Shown here piece by piece: positions 24,528-37,620 of a DNA stretch of 64,000 nucleotides. A program made the position numbers and the translations under genes. The stretch is from Octopus vulgaris (taxonomy: Eukaryota): NCBI GenBank assembly GCA_951406725.2, contig OX597819.1:45446001-45510000 (forward strand), in the 5' to 3' direction. Numbering within the stretch: position 1 is the first letter of the stretch; every line of letters starts with the position of its first letter. A model generated the notes under the pieces. The model had not been told where the DNA came from, ran no database searches, and saw nothing but the letters and a program-made list of their open reading frames with translations.

Positions 24528-24945
24528 GGTGCAGATATGGCTGTGTGGTTAAAAAGGTCGTCATATCACCACGTGGTTTTGAGTTCAGTTCCACTGCACG
24601 CTAACTTGGACAAGAGCCTTCTACCATAGCCCCAGCGACCAACGTTTTATGAATGAATTCAGTTGTTGGAAATTCTCTCTCTTCCCTTCCCTCCTTATAT
24701 GTGTGTGTGTGTGAGTGTGTGTGTATATAAACATGGGTGTGTCTTTATGCTTGTATTTGTTCTTGACCTCCACTCGACATCCGGTGTTAGTTTGCTTACG
24801 TTCTTATAAATTAGCGGTTCGGCAAAAAGATTCAGATAGAATAATTAAGAAGCTTTACGAAAATTAGTACTAGGTCGATATATTCGACTAAATTCATCGG
24901 GGCTATGCTTCAACACGGCCGTAGTCCAAAGACTAAAACAAGTAT
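24528..24945 (+). mobile_element. SINE C, diverged
   Basis: tggctgtgtggtta...gagttcagttccactgc...ttagcggttcggcaaaa. Confidence 0.75.
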
Positions 24946-24991
24946 TCACCCTCTCCCACTGAGTGTGTGTGTGTGTGTGTGCATGTGTGTG

Positions 24992-25050
<59 letters not shown>

Positions 25051-26045
25051 CTATGAAATGAAGACGACAAGAAATGAAGACTATGAAATGAAGACGACAA
25101 GACATAGTTTGATAGCAATGGCATTTTCCAGTTCCATCGAAGAACTCTATCGTACAGTATTATTCAACATATGCTCACAGAATTCCATAATATTTCTCCC
25201 CATCATGATATTGAGATTACGTCGAGAGAGAGAGAGGGGGTAGAGGGGGAGAGAGGATGAGAGTTGGCGGTGGGAAAGAATGCAGTCAGGGATACAGAAT
25301 GAAGATTTCTTTTTGATCTTACTGATTTTTACGTTAATTAATTAATAAAGAGCAAAAAAAAAAAATGGCCCAGCACATACACACACAAACATACACACAC
25401 ATACACACACACACGCGAATTACAAAATCACACATCACATTCACACACACACACACAAACACTAATGCATCATGTCAGGCTAACATAACCGCACACATAG
25501 CCATTTATACATACACATACAAATTTATTGACGCATTCATACACACATCAAAACTCAAACACGCGGGCGCCCGCACACATGAGCACATACACACACACAC
25601 TCACAATCACACACACACACAAAACATTTATACATACATGCACGCACACATACACACTCATTCAAACTCACACACGCACTCACAGATTTAACAGCATTTT
25701 TTTTTCTACAACGAAATAAAAAAAAAATTGACAATCAAATTTGATAATGCATTTTATTTTTAATTAAAGAATGAAAAATAAAATAAATAAATAAAGTTAA
25801 AATATAAATTAAATGAAATTAGATGCTGGGTATCTGGGTAGGATGGGGTGGGGTGGGGGCGGTGGGTTACAATACCAAGAAAAGAACAAAACAACACAGA
25901 AACAAAACAAAACAATAAATCAACCGTACTCCTGCACTTCATTAGAATCTGAAATACGTTAGGTGTTTTGTTCTAAATAGATAATCATTACATTAAATAC
26001 ACAGACACACACACACACATACATATGCATACATGTGTGTGCATG

Positions 26046-26085
<40 letters not shown>

Positions 26086-26189
26086 TATGTATAGGTATGC
26101 TTATATATGTTTGTGTACGCAATCATTTTTTTCTTTATTCTTTCCGAATAAATAAACATGATACTTCACTTTCCGACTATTCTACTTGT

Positions 26190-26286
26190 TTCTTCTCTTC
26201 TTCTTCTTCTTCTTCTTCTTCTTCTTCTTCTTCTTCTTCTTCTTCTTCTTCTTCTTCTTCTTCTTCTTCTTCTTCTTCTTCTTCTT
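26190..26286. repeat. (CTT)n microsatellite
   Basis: Pure trinucleotide run. Confidence 0.95.
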
Positions 26287-26459
26287 TATTAAATATTATT
26301 ATCAATATTCACTAGCCTTATTACTTCACTCCGTTTACATTACCAAGCGTAGCTTTGTTTGTCTTGGGAATGTCGCAATATTTTTCTTTCGTAGTTTTAT
26401 GAATTCTATTCTTTCAAAAGTACTTACTCTATATAGTATGGTCAATTCCTTGAGACAGC

Positions 26460-26670
26460 AACCTGGTACAACCGTTAGCACCGCCGGGCAAAATGCACAC
26501 CGTCATTTCGCTCTTCTTTACGTTCTGACTTCAAAGTCAACCCAGATCGAGTTCGCCCTTTATCATTTCGGGGTCGATAAAATTAGTGCTAGTATAGTGC
26601 TGGGGTTTTTTACAAACGACTTACATCTCTTGAAAATTTCTGGGCTAGTCTCAAAATTTGAATCCTAATA
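26460..26670 (+). mobile_element. Decayed SINE B
   Basis: gttagcaccgccgggcaaaatgc...tacgttctgacttcaaa...tttcggggtcgataaaa. Confidence 0.6.
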
Positions 26671-26711
26671 CTGCTATTTTCAAAATGATGTGCATATGTA
26701 ATACTGATAAT

Positions 26712-27240
26712 TTCGGTTGTCCGGAAAGTTCGTGCCGATTTATAGTAGCTTACCTTTCGACTTATTTTAGAACATGGTTGAGTCCATAAAATAGGATTTG
26801 ATTACATCTTAATTTAGAGCACAGTTTAAGCTATCTTTTCATGGAAGAAGATTTATGTTCTTATAACCTGTGTTAATTCTGTAACCCTTTAAAATGGAAG
26901 ATAAGAAAGTTCCTTTTCGGCATTTGATGCTTTGGGAACCAGACAAATATTGCTGCAGCTCAGCTTGGATGTGTTACCCCGCGCTCCTTATTCACCACTT
27001 ATTCAGGTCTCTGCAGAATAGTCTTAATGGTAAAAATTTCAATTCCTTGGATGACGTAAAAAGATACTTTGAAGAATTCTTTGCCATGAAACCATCTCAA
27101 TTCTGGGAAGAGGGTATTTTCAAGTTAAAGGAAAGTTGGAGACGCTTTGTGCAACAAAATGGTTCATATTTAGGTGATTAAAAATGTAATGGCAAGTATT
27201 TATTGACCTTTTTCTTTCCATTAAAAATCGGACAACCCAA
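26712..27240 (+). mobile_element. Second copy of the internally deleted mariner family seen at 4088-4613
   Basis: Same left TIR. MEDKKVPFRHLMLWE is joined to the C-terminal HLFRSLQNSLNGKNF...W..FVQQNGSY; the right TIR is partly deleted. Confidence 0.85.
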
Positions 27241-27324
27241 TATATGTCTGAGTACTTTTAATCCTTCTGTAAGGTATTTTTCATTATGGGGACCGTTTTT
27301 TATTTAGTTCCTATGTTCTGCCTT

Positions 27325-27650
27325 TAACTTTTACGTGTTTTAGTCATTGGACTGCGACCATGCTGGGGTACCGCCTTGAAAGATTTAGTCCAACAAATCG
27401 ACTCTAGTATTTTCAATATCTGGTACGCATTTTCTTTTTTGCCAAACCGCTTAATTACTGGGAGGTAAATACAAGATCATCGATCGTCAAGCAGTGGTGG
27501 AAGGCAAACTCAAAGACACACACACATATATACTACGAGCTTCTTTCGGTTTGCATCTACCAAATCCATTTTCAAGGCTTTCGTCGACCTGGGGTTATAG
27601 TAGAAGATATTTGCCCAACGCTTCTCAGTCACACACCCATGCCTGCGCCA
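27325..27650 (-). mobile_element. SINE C, diverged
   Basis: ttagtcattggactgcgaccatgctgg...tctaccaaatcc...atagtagaaga. Confidence 0.7.
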
Positions 27651-28133
27651 GGTTAGATATATAATATTTGAATAATTTCTCCATTTATTTTGCGGATATA
27701 TTATCGCATATCACAACTAAGAAATACTACTTCTCCTCGTGGAGCTTGACAACAATATCCTGCCTATTTATCTTGGTCTTCCTCCACATTCCATATATGA
27801 ATAACTTACCCATTTTCTGAGAATATTCTATGATATATACTCATCGCCCATTTTTGTTGATGCTTCATAATGTCAGTTGAGCATCTGATGTATAAAATCC
27901 ATACCACTGTCTTATATATAGCTTTATCCATTTTAGTTAAGACTGGATTCCTGAATATAATGTAGTAGGATGTGCCTTCACAAACGCTATATATTCAGGA
28001 GTTACTAAAAAATATTCTACTTCATTCCATAATTTTGTTGAGTTTTGATGTAAAAGCCTTAATCTTGTATCGCAATCAAGAATCTTTCAGTCGCAGCTTT
28101 GAGTTATGCACATTCAGGACTGAGCTGCAATTT

Positions 28134-28508
28134 TTACCTCCGCCTTACGCTAAGGTGGAGGTATTGTTTTTCAGTCATGTTTGTTTGTTTGTCCGTGGAC
28201 AAGATATCTCAAGATCCGCTGGTTGGATTCGGATGAAATATTCAGGGATGTTTTGCCTCGTGACTGGCACGAAGTGATTAGGTTTTGTTATCGATCCGTT
28301 TCTGGACAAGGAGTCTGGATTATCTTTCCTGGTTTTTTTTTTCATAATTTTTGCGATCGGATGGGTTCATTTTTAATATTCACGTTTGTGAGAGCAGTCG
28401 AGTTTATATCAGATATTCTCATTTTTATAATCATTGCTGGCTAATCGTTGAGTGGACGGAGGCTAATCGTTGCCATGGTGGAGGATTGCGCTCTCTGAGT
28501 GCTCTTGT
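28134..28508 (+). mobile_element. Helentron-associated interspersed element (HINE/DINE-1-like)
   Basis: T-rich flank, subterminal IR acctccgcc with a nearby partial copy ggtggaggt, (GTTT)n core, distal ggtggagg and 3' stem-loop gcgctc-tct-gagtgc. Confidence 0.75.
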
Positions 28509-29203
28509 GTTTGTTTCCACCTGTTCAGTTTCTTCTTTTATTGTCTTGCTTGTTTTTGCAAACATTGTCCATGTTGTGAATTTTCTTCACATCGTTTTAA
28601 CATGAATCTACGTGTCACCATTTTAAACTTAGTTTTACTTTTTTACCTTTTCATGATTTCCATTGATGTTTTTCACTCCTCGCAGATTCGTAGAATCGCC
28701 GAGAAACCGACTAAATACCTTAAGGCATTGTTCAAACTATTCACTTTCAAATTTTCATATCTTACCTCTTTCACATTTATGTTTTATATCTCCCTGGATG
28801 ATAAAATAAGCACCAGTTAAGTACTGGTGTCGATATAATTAATCAATTCCCCCCTCTACAATTTCAGGTGTTGTGCGTATGTTAGAAACAACTGAGCTGG
28901 CAGAATTGCTAGAAGGCCGGACAAAATGCCTTTCGGTATTTCTTCCAACTCTTTGCTTTCAGAGTTTCTTTAACACCGGAGAAAATTTGCTTTACATCGA
29001 AGAGTGCAAATGCAATATATATAAAAATGGGTCACTCCTGAAAGTAAATTTTTCAGAAGAAAAGGAAGGAATATAAAAGAAACAAATAAGATTTCACCAT
29101 TGCAAGAAGCCCACCTCTACCCATGAGGAAAATTTTTCTGCATTGGCAAAGTCTATCAAAATTAGATAAATTTACTAACTGATAAGCGAGGAGTGAGGTT
29201 GTG

Positions 29204-29263
<60 letters not shown>

Positions 29264-29799
29264 GATGGTAACATTCAAAGCGATTAATTTTGAGCATAAA
29301 ATATACTCGAAAGATACACTTCTGATGAACACCGTACCAGTAGTAACTGGAAACTGGACATGAGCTATCAACAATTTATAGGTCCTATCTTAGTTATCCC
29401 AACAGCTCACAGCTACGTTTTGGTGATTTTGAGTATGGAGTACTGTAATATGCACAAACGAGGGGGTAGGGATGTGAGGAACATAATGGAAACCCGGTGG
29501 TAGAATCTTATATGGAGTGGATAGGTCGCCATATCGCGATATTTCTCTTAAAATGCTATTCCTATTGTAACATTAATGTGTTTTTTATAATCATTATCTA
29601 AGTATGTTATGTAACAGTATTTTTTCGTGTAAAGTTAAAGTATTTAAATACGTCCCAATATATTGTGTAATATTACCTTCCTCATATTTTTATATAGTTT
29701 TTTTTTTAATCCATACTGACAAGTTTTTTTTTTATATCACCTTAGTAACAAATTTATTCTATGTATGAAAGGCCTTTGCAGGCAAACTAAAGAAAGTAT

Positions 29800-29963
29800 T
29801 ATTACAACTATCATCACTATCATCACAACATCATCACCAACACCACCACAATCACCAACAGCATCATCCTCCGAATCGCCGTCGTCGTCCTTTATTATTA
29901 TTAGTATTATTATTATTATTTTTATTATTGTTGTTGTTGTTGTTGTTGTCGTCGTCGTCGTCG

Positions 29964-30009
<46 letters not shown>

Positions 30010-30216
30010 CCAGTTTTATATTTATTGCGTGTTTTCATTACATTACCGAATGTAGTCAGCTCAGGGTATGCGCTGTATCTTGTTATGTATTGTTTTGTTT
30101 TGCGATGGACTTGTATTTTTCTATTGTATTAGCATGATTCTACCTTACGTTGTGTGGGCAGTGCTTGGTTATACTTTTTACTGTATGATGTTCATATTTA
30201 TAAGTCCAAAGGTTTC

Positions 30217-30254
<38 letters not shown>

Positions 30255-30336
30255 AACTTCACATTTTTAAATCATTCCCGAGACACCTATTATTTTATAG
30301 AGAAGTTTTCTTTCCACCTGCCCCATATATTTACTG

Positions 30337-30390
<54 letters not shown>

Positions 30391-30530
30391 TTACTACTAC
30401 TACTACTACTGTTATCGTCGTCATCATCATCATCGTTGTCGTCGTCTTCGTCGTCATCATCATTACCAGCATAGTATTATAAATATTATTATTTTCATTA
30501 TTATTATTATTGTTACTATTATTCCATAGT
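29800..30530. repeat. Mixed trinucleotide tracts (ATC/ATT/GTT/TAC)
   Basis: Directly visible. Confidence 0.85.
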
Positions 30531-30771
30531 CAGTGGAGTAGCGTAACGACGACAACAAGGAGAAGAAGAATAAAATAACAGTAATAAATAAACCAATAAA
30601 ATCGCGCTAGTGAAAGACTAATGTTAGCTGAATGGTAATTAAACAGCGATGGTTCCTCTTTTTTATGTTTCGCCAATATCGACATTTACAAGCAATAACT
30701 GCTTTCCAAGTCTCATCTTACATTGTCATGTTCTATATTCGTGAGTGGTGTGTATGAATGTCTTTACAAAT

Positions 30772-30831
<60 letters not shown>

Positions 30832-31079
30832 TTATGAATATATTTATAGATATATGCTTGCATATATACGTACATGCATACATGTTTGTATGTATGTTTG
30901 CATGTATGCACCTACGTGAGTCTCTTTCTTTCTTTCTTTCTTTCTTTCTCTCTCTCCCTTTTCACTATATATATGTATGTATATATATGTATATATATAT
31001 ACATATGTATATACACATTATATATACATATATATATATACTACATATATATATATACTACATATACCTATATATGCAC

Positions 31080-31163
<84 letters not shown>

Positions 31164-31959
31164 TTCATATACCTGAATTCCTGAACCTTTTGCGTTGAAG
31201 AAGGCACAGAGTACACAGTGTTTTTGAATAGCTATGTTGAGTTTTACCTTGCCAATTACTGAAATACTTCTTAACACTCGGCAACTCGTAACTCAGTGCA
31301 ACAATTCCGGTAGTTCCAGATGCTATTTATAATACATCTTTCTGACAGAGGCACTGAAGCTGTACGTTGCAAGTTCTTAGTGGGTAAAATCTACTCAAAT
31401 ACTTGAATATTACATTATTTCATTCATGCAAATATAAGGAAAAGCAAATTGACCTGGGCCGAACTTGAAACTAAAGTGTAAAGAACCAGAAATATATTTT
31501 CGCCTACGCACTTTAAGGTCCTACCAATATGCTGATATAGTGAATGAACAAATTAATAGATCGTTACTGATGTTTGAAAAAGATCACAGCAAAAGCGCTT
31601 AAACACAATACAAAAATTTCCTTCCGAAAGATTCGTGTCATTTTGTTTCTCTAAGAGAATTTAAGACTCTGATATGAAACTATTAGTTAGGTATGTTAAA
31701 TCATACGTTGATAGACCAACATATTTCTTTCTTACTCTACGTCGATACAGTGATCACACGAAAAGTTAGCCTCCTCTTCGCTTGCCTTTTTTCTGCATAT
31801 AAGTCACGCTGTAAATCTTTGTATTATTTACATTTAGTTCACCAATTTTGGAATTCTGTCTCCCTGCTTGTAACTCATGACGTGGTCCAACCTCGTCTTA
31901 CTCCCCTTCCTCTCGTTCCCGTTCCATTTGTGATATGTAAACTAGACGATTGACCACTA

Positions 31960-32140
31960 AATTCATAAGTTTTTTTTTTATTCTCTCTCTCTTTACTTTC
32001 TCGTGTTCCATTCTGTTGAAGAGCGTAGGTTCAAAACGTAAAAGACTGTCTCACCTTCCCGAGCCTCAAACTAATACACCTGTTTGCTGTTTAAACACTT
32101 GTCTTCGTCTTTTGTTTTTCTGTAAATTTCAACTACATAT
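31960..32140 (+). mobile_element. Penelope-like terminal-repeat remnant (family shared with 63500-63672)
   Basis: gaagagcgtag..tc..aacgtaaaagac...aaactaatacacctg...tgtcttcgtctttt...ctgtaaattt occurs at both loci. The Penelope assignment is inferred from a hammerhead-like core. Confidence 0.55.
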
Positions 32141-32141
32141 A

Positions 32142-33770
32142 CAGTTGCGGCCAAAATGTTCAGAACGGCATCGTTTTCGTCAGATAAGTAGGTATAAGTT
32201 TTTATCAAAGTTGTTTTATATTCTATAATTTTTACAGACAATAAATACGATATTATTTGTTATTGTCTGAGATTTTGGTGTAATTTGAGAGGATAATAAA
32301 AAGGTTATGGATGATTTAGTGATTTACTGTAAAACCCATGGCGGTCAAAATGATCAGAACATTTGCTTTTACTCCATGTTTTAGTATATTTAACCGTCGA
32401 ACTCTAATGTTTTGAATTTGTTTACGTGACAGTTCGTTTACTAAACATTAGTAAGAATATCTGCAGTGTACTTTGTTAATATAATGCCACTTACTCCGTT
32501 AACCAATTCGTCAGCAGATTATTAAGCTTCGAAAGAAGGATAACTTAAGTATTAAATCTATTGCAAAGATTGTTAACAAGTCAAAAAGTGTTGTTCACGG
32601 TATTCTTAAGGTCTACGATGATTGTGGTTCGTGGGAAGCTAGAAAGTCTACAGGTAGGCCAAAAAAAAAAACGACCAAGAGAGAAGATCGTGCTATGGTA
32701 AAGTTGGTTAAAAAGGACAGATTTAAAACTGCTGCTGCTGTTTTTCGGGAAATGAGCATTGTACTGAAGAAAACTTTATATCGAAAAACTGTGTCTCGTC
32801 CTTTAGTTGAACATGACCTACAAGCAAGAGCACCTGTAGTGAAGCCACTGATCAGCTCCAAGAATAAAAAGTGTCGTCTTACCTTTGCAACCGAACATGT
32901 GTTGTGGTCTCAAGAAAAATGGCGAACGGTGCATTTCAGTGATGAATCTAAGTTTACGTTATTTGGCTCAGATGGGAAAAGGTACGTTCGTCGAAAAGCA
33001 AATGAAAAATTGTCACCTAAATGCCTTAAGACTAGTGTTAAATTCGGTGGAAGAAGTGTCATGGTTTGGGGGATGATATCTGGAGATGTTGTGGGCCCTT
33101 TGCTGCGATTACATGGAAAGGTAAATGCAGGAGTTTATAAACAACTTGTAAAAGATCATGTCTTGCCTGTGCTGAGAAATTCAACTAAGCGACCACACAT
33201 ATTCATGCAGGACAATGCCCCATGTCACAAGGCTAAGGTGGTCATGAACTTCCTCAAGGTTGAAAAGGTTATTGTTATGGATTGGCCTGCTCAAAGCCCA
33301 GACCTCAATCCTATTGAAAATGTGTGGAATATTCTAGGAGAACGTTTGAAAGCCAGAAATCCTAAAATAACCGAGCAATTATGGAATGCTCTTCAGGAAG
33401 AATAGAATAATATCACCCAGCAAGAAATAGAAAATTTAATTTCCCCATGCAGTCAAAAATGTCAAACTTTGATTGAAGCTAAAGGGCTTCACACTAAATA
33501 TTAAATAATTCCAGCATTCTCTGTCACTTTTTGATTATTTTGTTATTTTTTCAACCGTTCTGATTATTTTGGCCACCATGGGTTTTGAAGTAAATCACTA
33601 TATCATCCATAACTTTTGTATTATCTTCTCAAATTACATCAAAATCTCAGACAATACCAATTAATATTGCATTTATTGTCTGTGAAAATTATAGAATATA
33701 AAACAACTTTGATAAAAACTTATACCTACTTTTCTGACGAAAACAATGTCGTTCTGAACATTTTGGCCGC
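32142..33770 (+). mobile_element. Near full-length Tc1 transposon with ~220-bp IR/DR termini
   Basis: TA|cagttgcggccaaaatgttcagaac; left IR 32142-32360, right IR 33558-33770, each with outer and inner gcggycaaaatgwtcagaac-like repeats. The last ~4 bp of the right end are lost in (TA)n. Confidence 0.95.
32484..33504 (+). pseudogene. Tc1 DD34E transposase pseudogene (open segment 32695-33405)
   Basis: FSDESKF, FMQDNAPCH and SPDLNPIENVW with 34 residues between D and E. The N-terminus is frameshifted, TAG at 33403 replaces W, and the natural end GLHTKY* is at 33504. Confidence 0.95.
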
Positions 33771-34349
33771 ATATATATATATGAACTACAGCATATTATA
33801 ATGATCTACATGAGTTTCTGCTCCAGCGACTATACTGAACGCTATGGTTATCCGTTAACTAGAACGTAACTGAGAGCAATTATGGTATCCACACAGTTAA
33901 TATATCCCTTCATATATATATATATACAATATGAAATTTATGACCAGCAGCCAGCTATGAGCTCTCAACTCACTTTGCTCTTTATTCTAAATAAACTCAG
34001 TATTCTAGTCTTAGACTTTTTGCTGATAATCAGGAGATGGATAAATTGGAAATGAATTATAACCATATGACCCCCAATGCGTTCCATGCCACTCTAAAAA
34101 TTGTAGTCTGTTCTTCTCTCAGATTTTCTTGCTTTAGTAGTGACAACATGAAATTCTTTCATCCTCTTACTCTGTTAAAATATTTGAGAAAAATTATATC
34201 AATATATTTTGTCTGTTGAAAGTCCATATTTCTTGCAACTGAAGATAGCTCTGTATTTAAATTGATGTAATGATTACATTGTTCAGTTAAATAGAGCCGC
34301 TTGAAGCGGTCGTACTTCATTACTACTTGACATCCTGTTAATTTATTTT

Positions 34350-34565
34350 GATATATAAATAGTAAATTCAAACAAGAACAAGCAAGAGAAACAACAACGT
34401 GAGGACGTGGTACAAGTACTGTGTTATTGGACGCTCAAGAAAGGAAAGAAGAGAAAGACGTTTTCACGTTTCGACCGGAGCTCTTCATCAGAAATATAGG
34501 AAAAGTCAAAAGAAAGGAAGACAAAAAAAATCGCCAACGATACGCACGCGGTAACATATTCAAAT
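34350..34565 (-). mobile_element. Penelope-like terminal-repeat remnant
   Basis: The minus strand has ctgatgaagagctccggtcgaaacgt followed by a pyrimidine-rich tail organised like 31960-32140. Confidence 0.45.
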
Positions 34566-35435
34566 GACCGAGAGGGAACGGGCGAAGAAAAACTTCTTTC
34601 TAAGACAGGAGAGTGCAAGAGAAGGAGGTATATGTGTATGTGTGGGTATGTGCGTGCGCGCAGGTCTGTGTGCACGTGTGTGTATAATAATAGCACATGT
34701 ATGTGCGTATGTGCGTGTGTGTGTTTGTAGTTGTGACTGTTTATGTATGTGTGTGGTTGGACTTTGTGACGCTTAATATCTCTCCATTTTTATTTATAAT
34801 GTCTTGAATATACACTCTGTACACTGTATAGAATCTAAGAAAGCGAACTCATGATTTACGTATCGAGCGACATAGCATAACTACTTAAAACAATTCCATG
34901 TGCTCATTTGATATGGCTAACCAGAACTTGGATTTTATCAGACTACCTGGTAGGACCTGCCCGGATTCCAAAATCCCTGTTCCTTTCCGTCCATTTTTCT
35001 CTTCCTCACGTGATCATTTTTCTTTTCTTTCAGAACAGCACGTAGCTTATCTCTCTCTCCTATCTTTTGTCTTATCAAAGAAAAATATTTCTCCAGCGTT
35101 CGCTATTTTACCCGCGTTATGGTCTAACGATACTCCTCCGCTTGTTTTCGTTCGGTTTCTTGTATGTCTCCATCGTCCTGCTTTTGTTCCCAACTTTGAC
35201 CCTCTATAAATCCCAAATTTTATTTTGGTACATATGGAAGCAACTGACTTCCAAGACTCATATTGTCGTTGAATGCTCGAAATAAGGAGTAGATAGACAG
35301 CCGACAACTGATGAAGTGTCGCTCTTTATGTTACTTGTCCTGTTTTCCATTTGTTTCTCTTGGTGTTTGCGTACTGAACTCATTTGTTTTCGTATTTCAT
35401 GTTGTTTACTCTTCATGACGTCCTGTACCCATATA

Positions 35436-35489
<54 letters not shown>

Positions 35490-35532
35490 TACTTTATTAT
35501 TTGATTGAGCGCCACGCATCCATTTCCAAGTT

Positions 35533-35582
<50 letters not shown>

Positions 35583-35610
35583 ATGGATCTATGCATAGAT
35601 GGATCTATGC

Positions 35611-35732
<122 letters not shown>

Positions 35733-35797
35733 GGCCAAAGGGCCAAAGAATGCTTTATTAGAATGCCAAATCCAAAGCTTAACTGAAAATAACTCAC

Positions 35798-35821
35798 CGC
35801 CACTGTTACAACCAGCTTTTT
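35798..35821 (-). other. Candidate 24-nt microexon of an unidentified host gene
   Basis: Minus strand: tactaag...gtactttgtatAG|AAAAAGCTGGTTGTAACAGTGGCG|GTGAGT. Splice motifs only, no homology support. Confidence 0.25.
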
Positions 35822-36086
35822 CTATACAAAGTACACCATAACACGAGTGCTTAGTAAGTTAACACCGAAAGTGCTTACACGCAATAGGAAAACCGCTTGC
35901 CAAAAGGTCTGTGTCATTTTGTGTCTATAAGATTGCTTTATATCATTTATAGTTTATATTTTAAGAAAATATTTCTTCAAATATTTTGACTTTATCAAGC
36001 ATTTTTTTATAAATATGTATGTATATATATATACGTTTAAATATTTGTTGTGCAAATATATATGTATATATATATATATATATATA

Positions 36087-37213
36087 TTAAGGTATGTAGA
36101 AAAATACAACATGGACAAGAACGTATAACTCTTAGAAGACGACACAATAAACACGGACAGGACATTCGAAACCCTCAGTCTTCAGTCAAGAACCGGATCA
36201 TCGTAGTAATTTCGGCTGATTAATCTTGAGATTACTAGATCACGGCCAGCCCTCCAAGAAAAACCAAGCAACGAGCATTAGAAAAACTAAGCTGGAAGCG
36301 TAGATTTCCTGGAAGAAGGATCGAATGCATACGAACACCAGGACAGCAAAAGGGACAGATATAAAAAAACAAAAAACAATAATGGAATACAGAAACATGA
36401 AATACAGAAGCATTAACGGTGAAAACAACAGTGTCTTACGACTGATAACAAGCAAACAAATTTTTTCTCTGGCGCAATGGAAAAAGCCTTTATAGTGGCG
36501 GACGAAAACAGCGATGTTAACAGAACGAGGGTCAGAGGCTGAAAGGCAGATTTCGGCCAACAGTCACGTGACAGAGAAGAGGGAAAAGAAAAGAAAGAGA
36601 AGCAAAGGAAGAGAGAGAGAGAGAGGAGGGACAAACGCAACAAAGAGAGAGAAGAGAGAGAAAGAAGGAATCAGAGAGGAGAAGGGATGGGTGTCGAAGA
36701 ATGACCTGTGAGTGCAGAGCGAGACAAAGAAATAGGAGGGTAGTGGAAGACTAGACCAAAGAATCAGAGGAAAGAGAAGAGAAAAAGAGGATGAGTAGAG
36801 AGAAAAGAGAGAGAGGGGGACAGATCAAGTAAAAATGAGAGAGAGAGAGAGACAAACAGAGAGTCGTACCAATTATTAAGAATATGTGCTCACATAAATG
36901 TTAAGGGGGGTACGGGGCGCCTGGAATATATGTTAAGGTATGTAGAAAAATACAACATGGACAAGAACGTATAACTCTTAGAAGACGACACAATAAACAC
37001 GGACAGGACATTCGAAACCCTCAGTCTTCAGTCAAGAACCGGATCATCGTAGTAATTTCGGCTGATTAATCTTGAGATTACTAGATCACGGCCAACCCTC
37101 CAAGAAAAACCAAGCAACGAGCATTAGAAAAACTAAGCTGGAAGCGTAGATTTCCTGGAAGAAGGATCGAATGCATACGAACACCAGGACAGCAAAAGGG
37201 ACAGATATAAAAA

Positions 37214-37217
<4 letters not shown>
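36087..37217. mobile_element. 1131-bp non-coding element with 285-bp terminal direct repeats (36087-36371, 36933-37217)
   Basis: The repeats differ at one base on manual comparison (ggccagcc vs ggccaacc); (TA)n on both flanks. Confidence 0.85.
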
Positions 37218-37252
<35 letters not shown>

Positions 37253-37588
37253 GTGAGTGCGTACGTGAGTGTGTATGTGTAGGAGCGTTTGTATGTGCAT
37301 GGTTGTGTATGCATATGCATGCTTGTACATATACCTACTTATCAATGCACATATGCACACAAACTCAGACATACAGTATCATGTTATATTGTACTGTTGA
37401 CTAGCATGGGATGCTCTATTCTTGTACACTATTTTGTTGTTGGTTTTGTTGTTGTTGTTGTTGTTGTTGTTACGCTTACGAGGATTGTAAGTAAATTTAC
37501 TATAGCTGTTTCCATTATCGTTATTCTTATGTTGTTGCTGATGTTTTGAAAAGTATTGTTCTTTCTGCTATTGTTGTTGTTGTTGTTA

Positions 37589-37620
<32 letters not shown>

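Noticed and set aside
27660-27965. Possible ancient CR1/L2-like LINE remnant on minus (YKTVV..., YAIIY)
   Set aside because: Too decayed to call without a profile search.
36744-36754. tggaagactag matches the 5' end of miR-7
   Set aside because: Only 11 nt match, in a purine-rich repeat with no hairpin.
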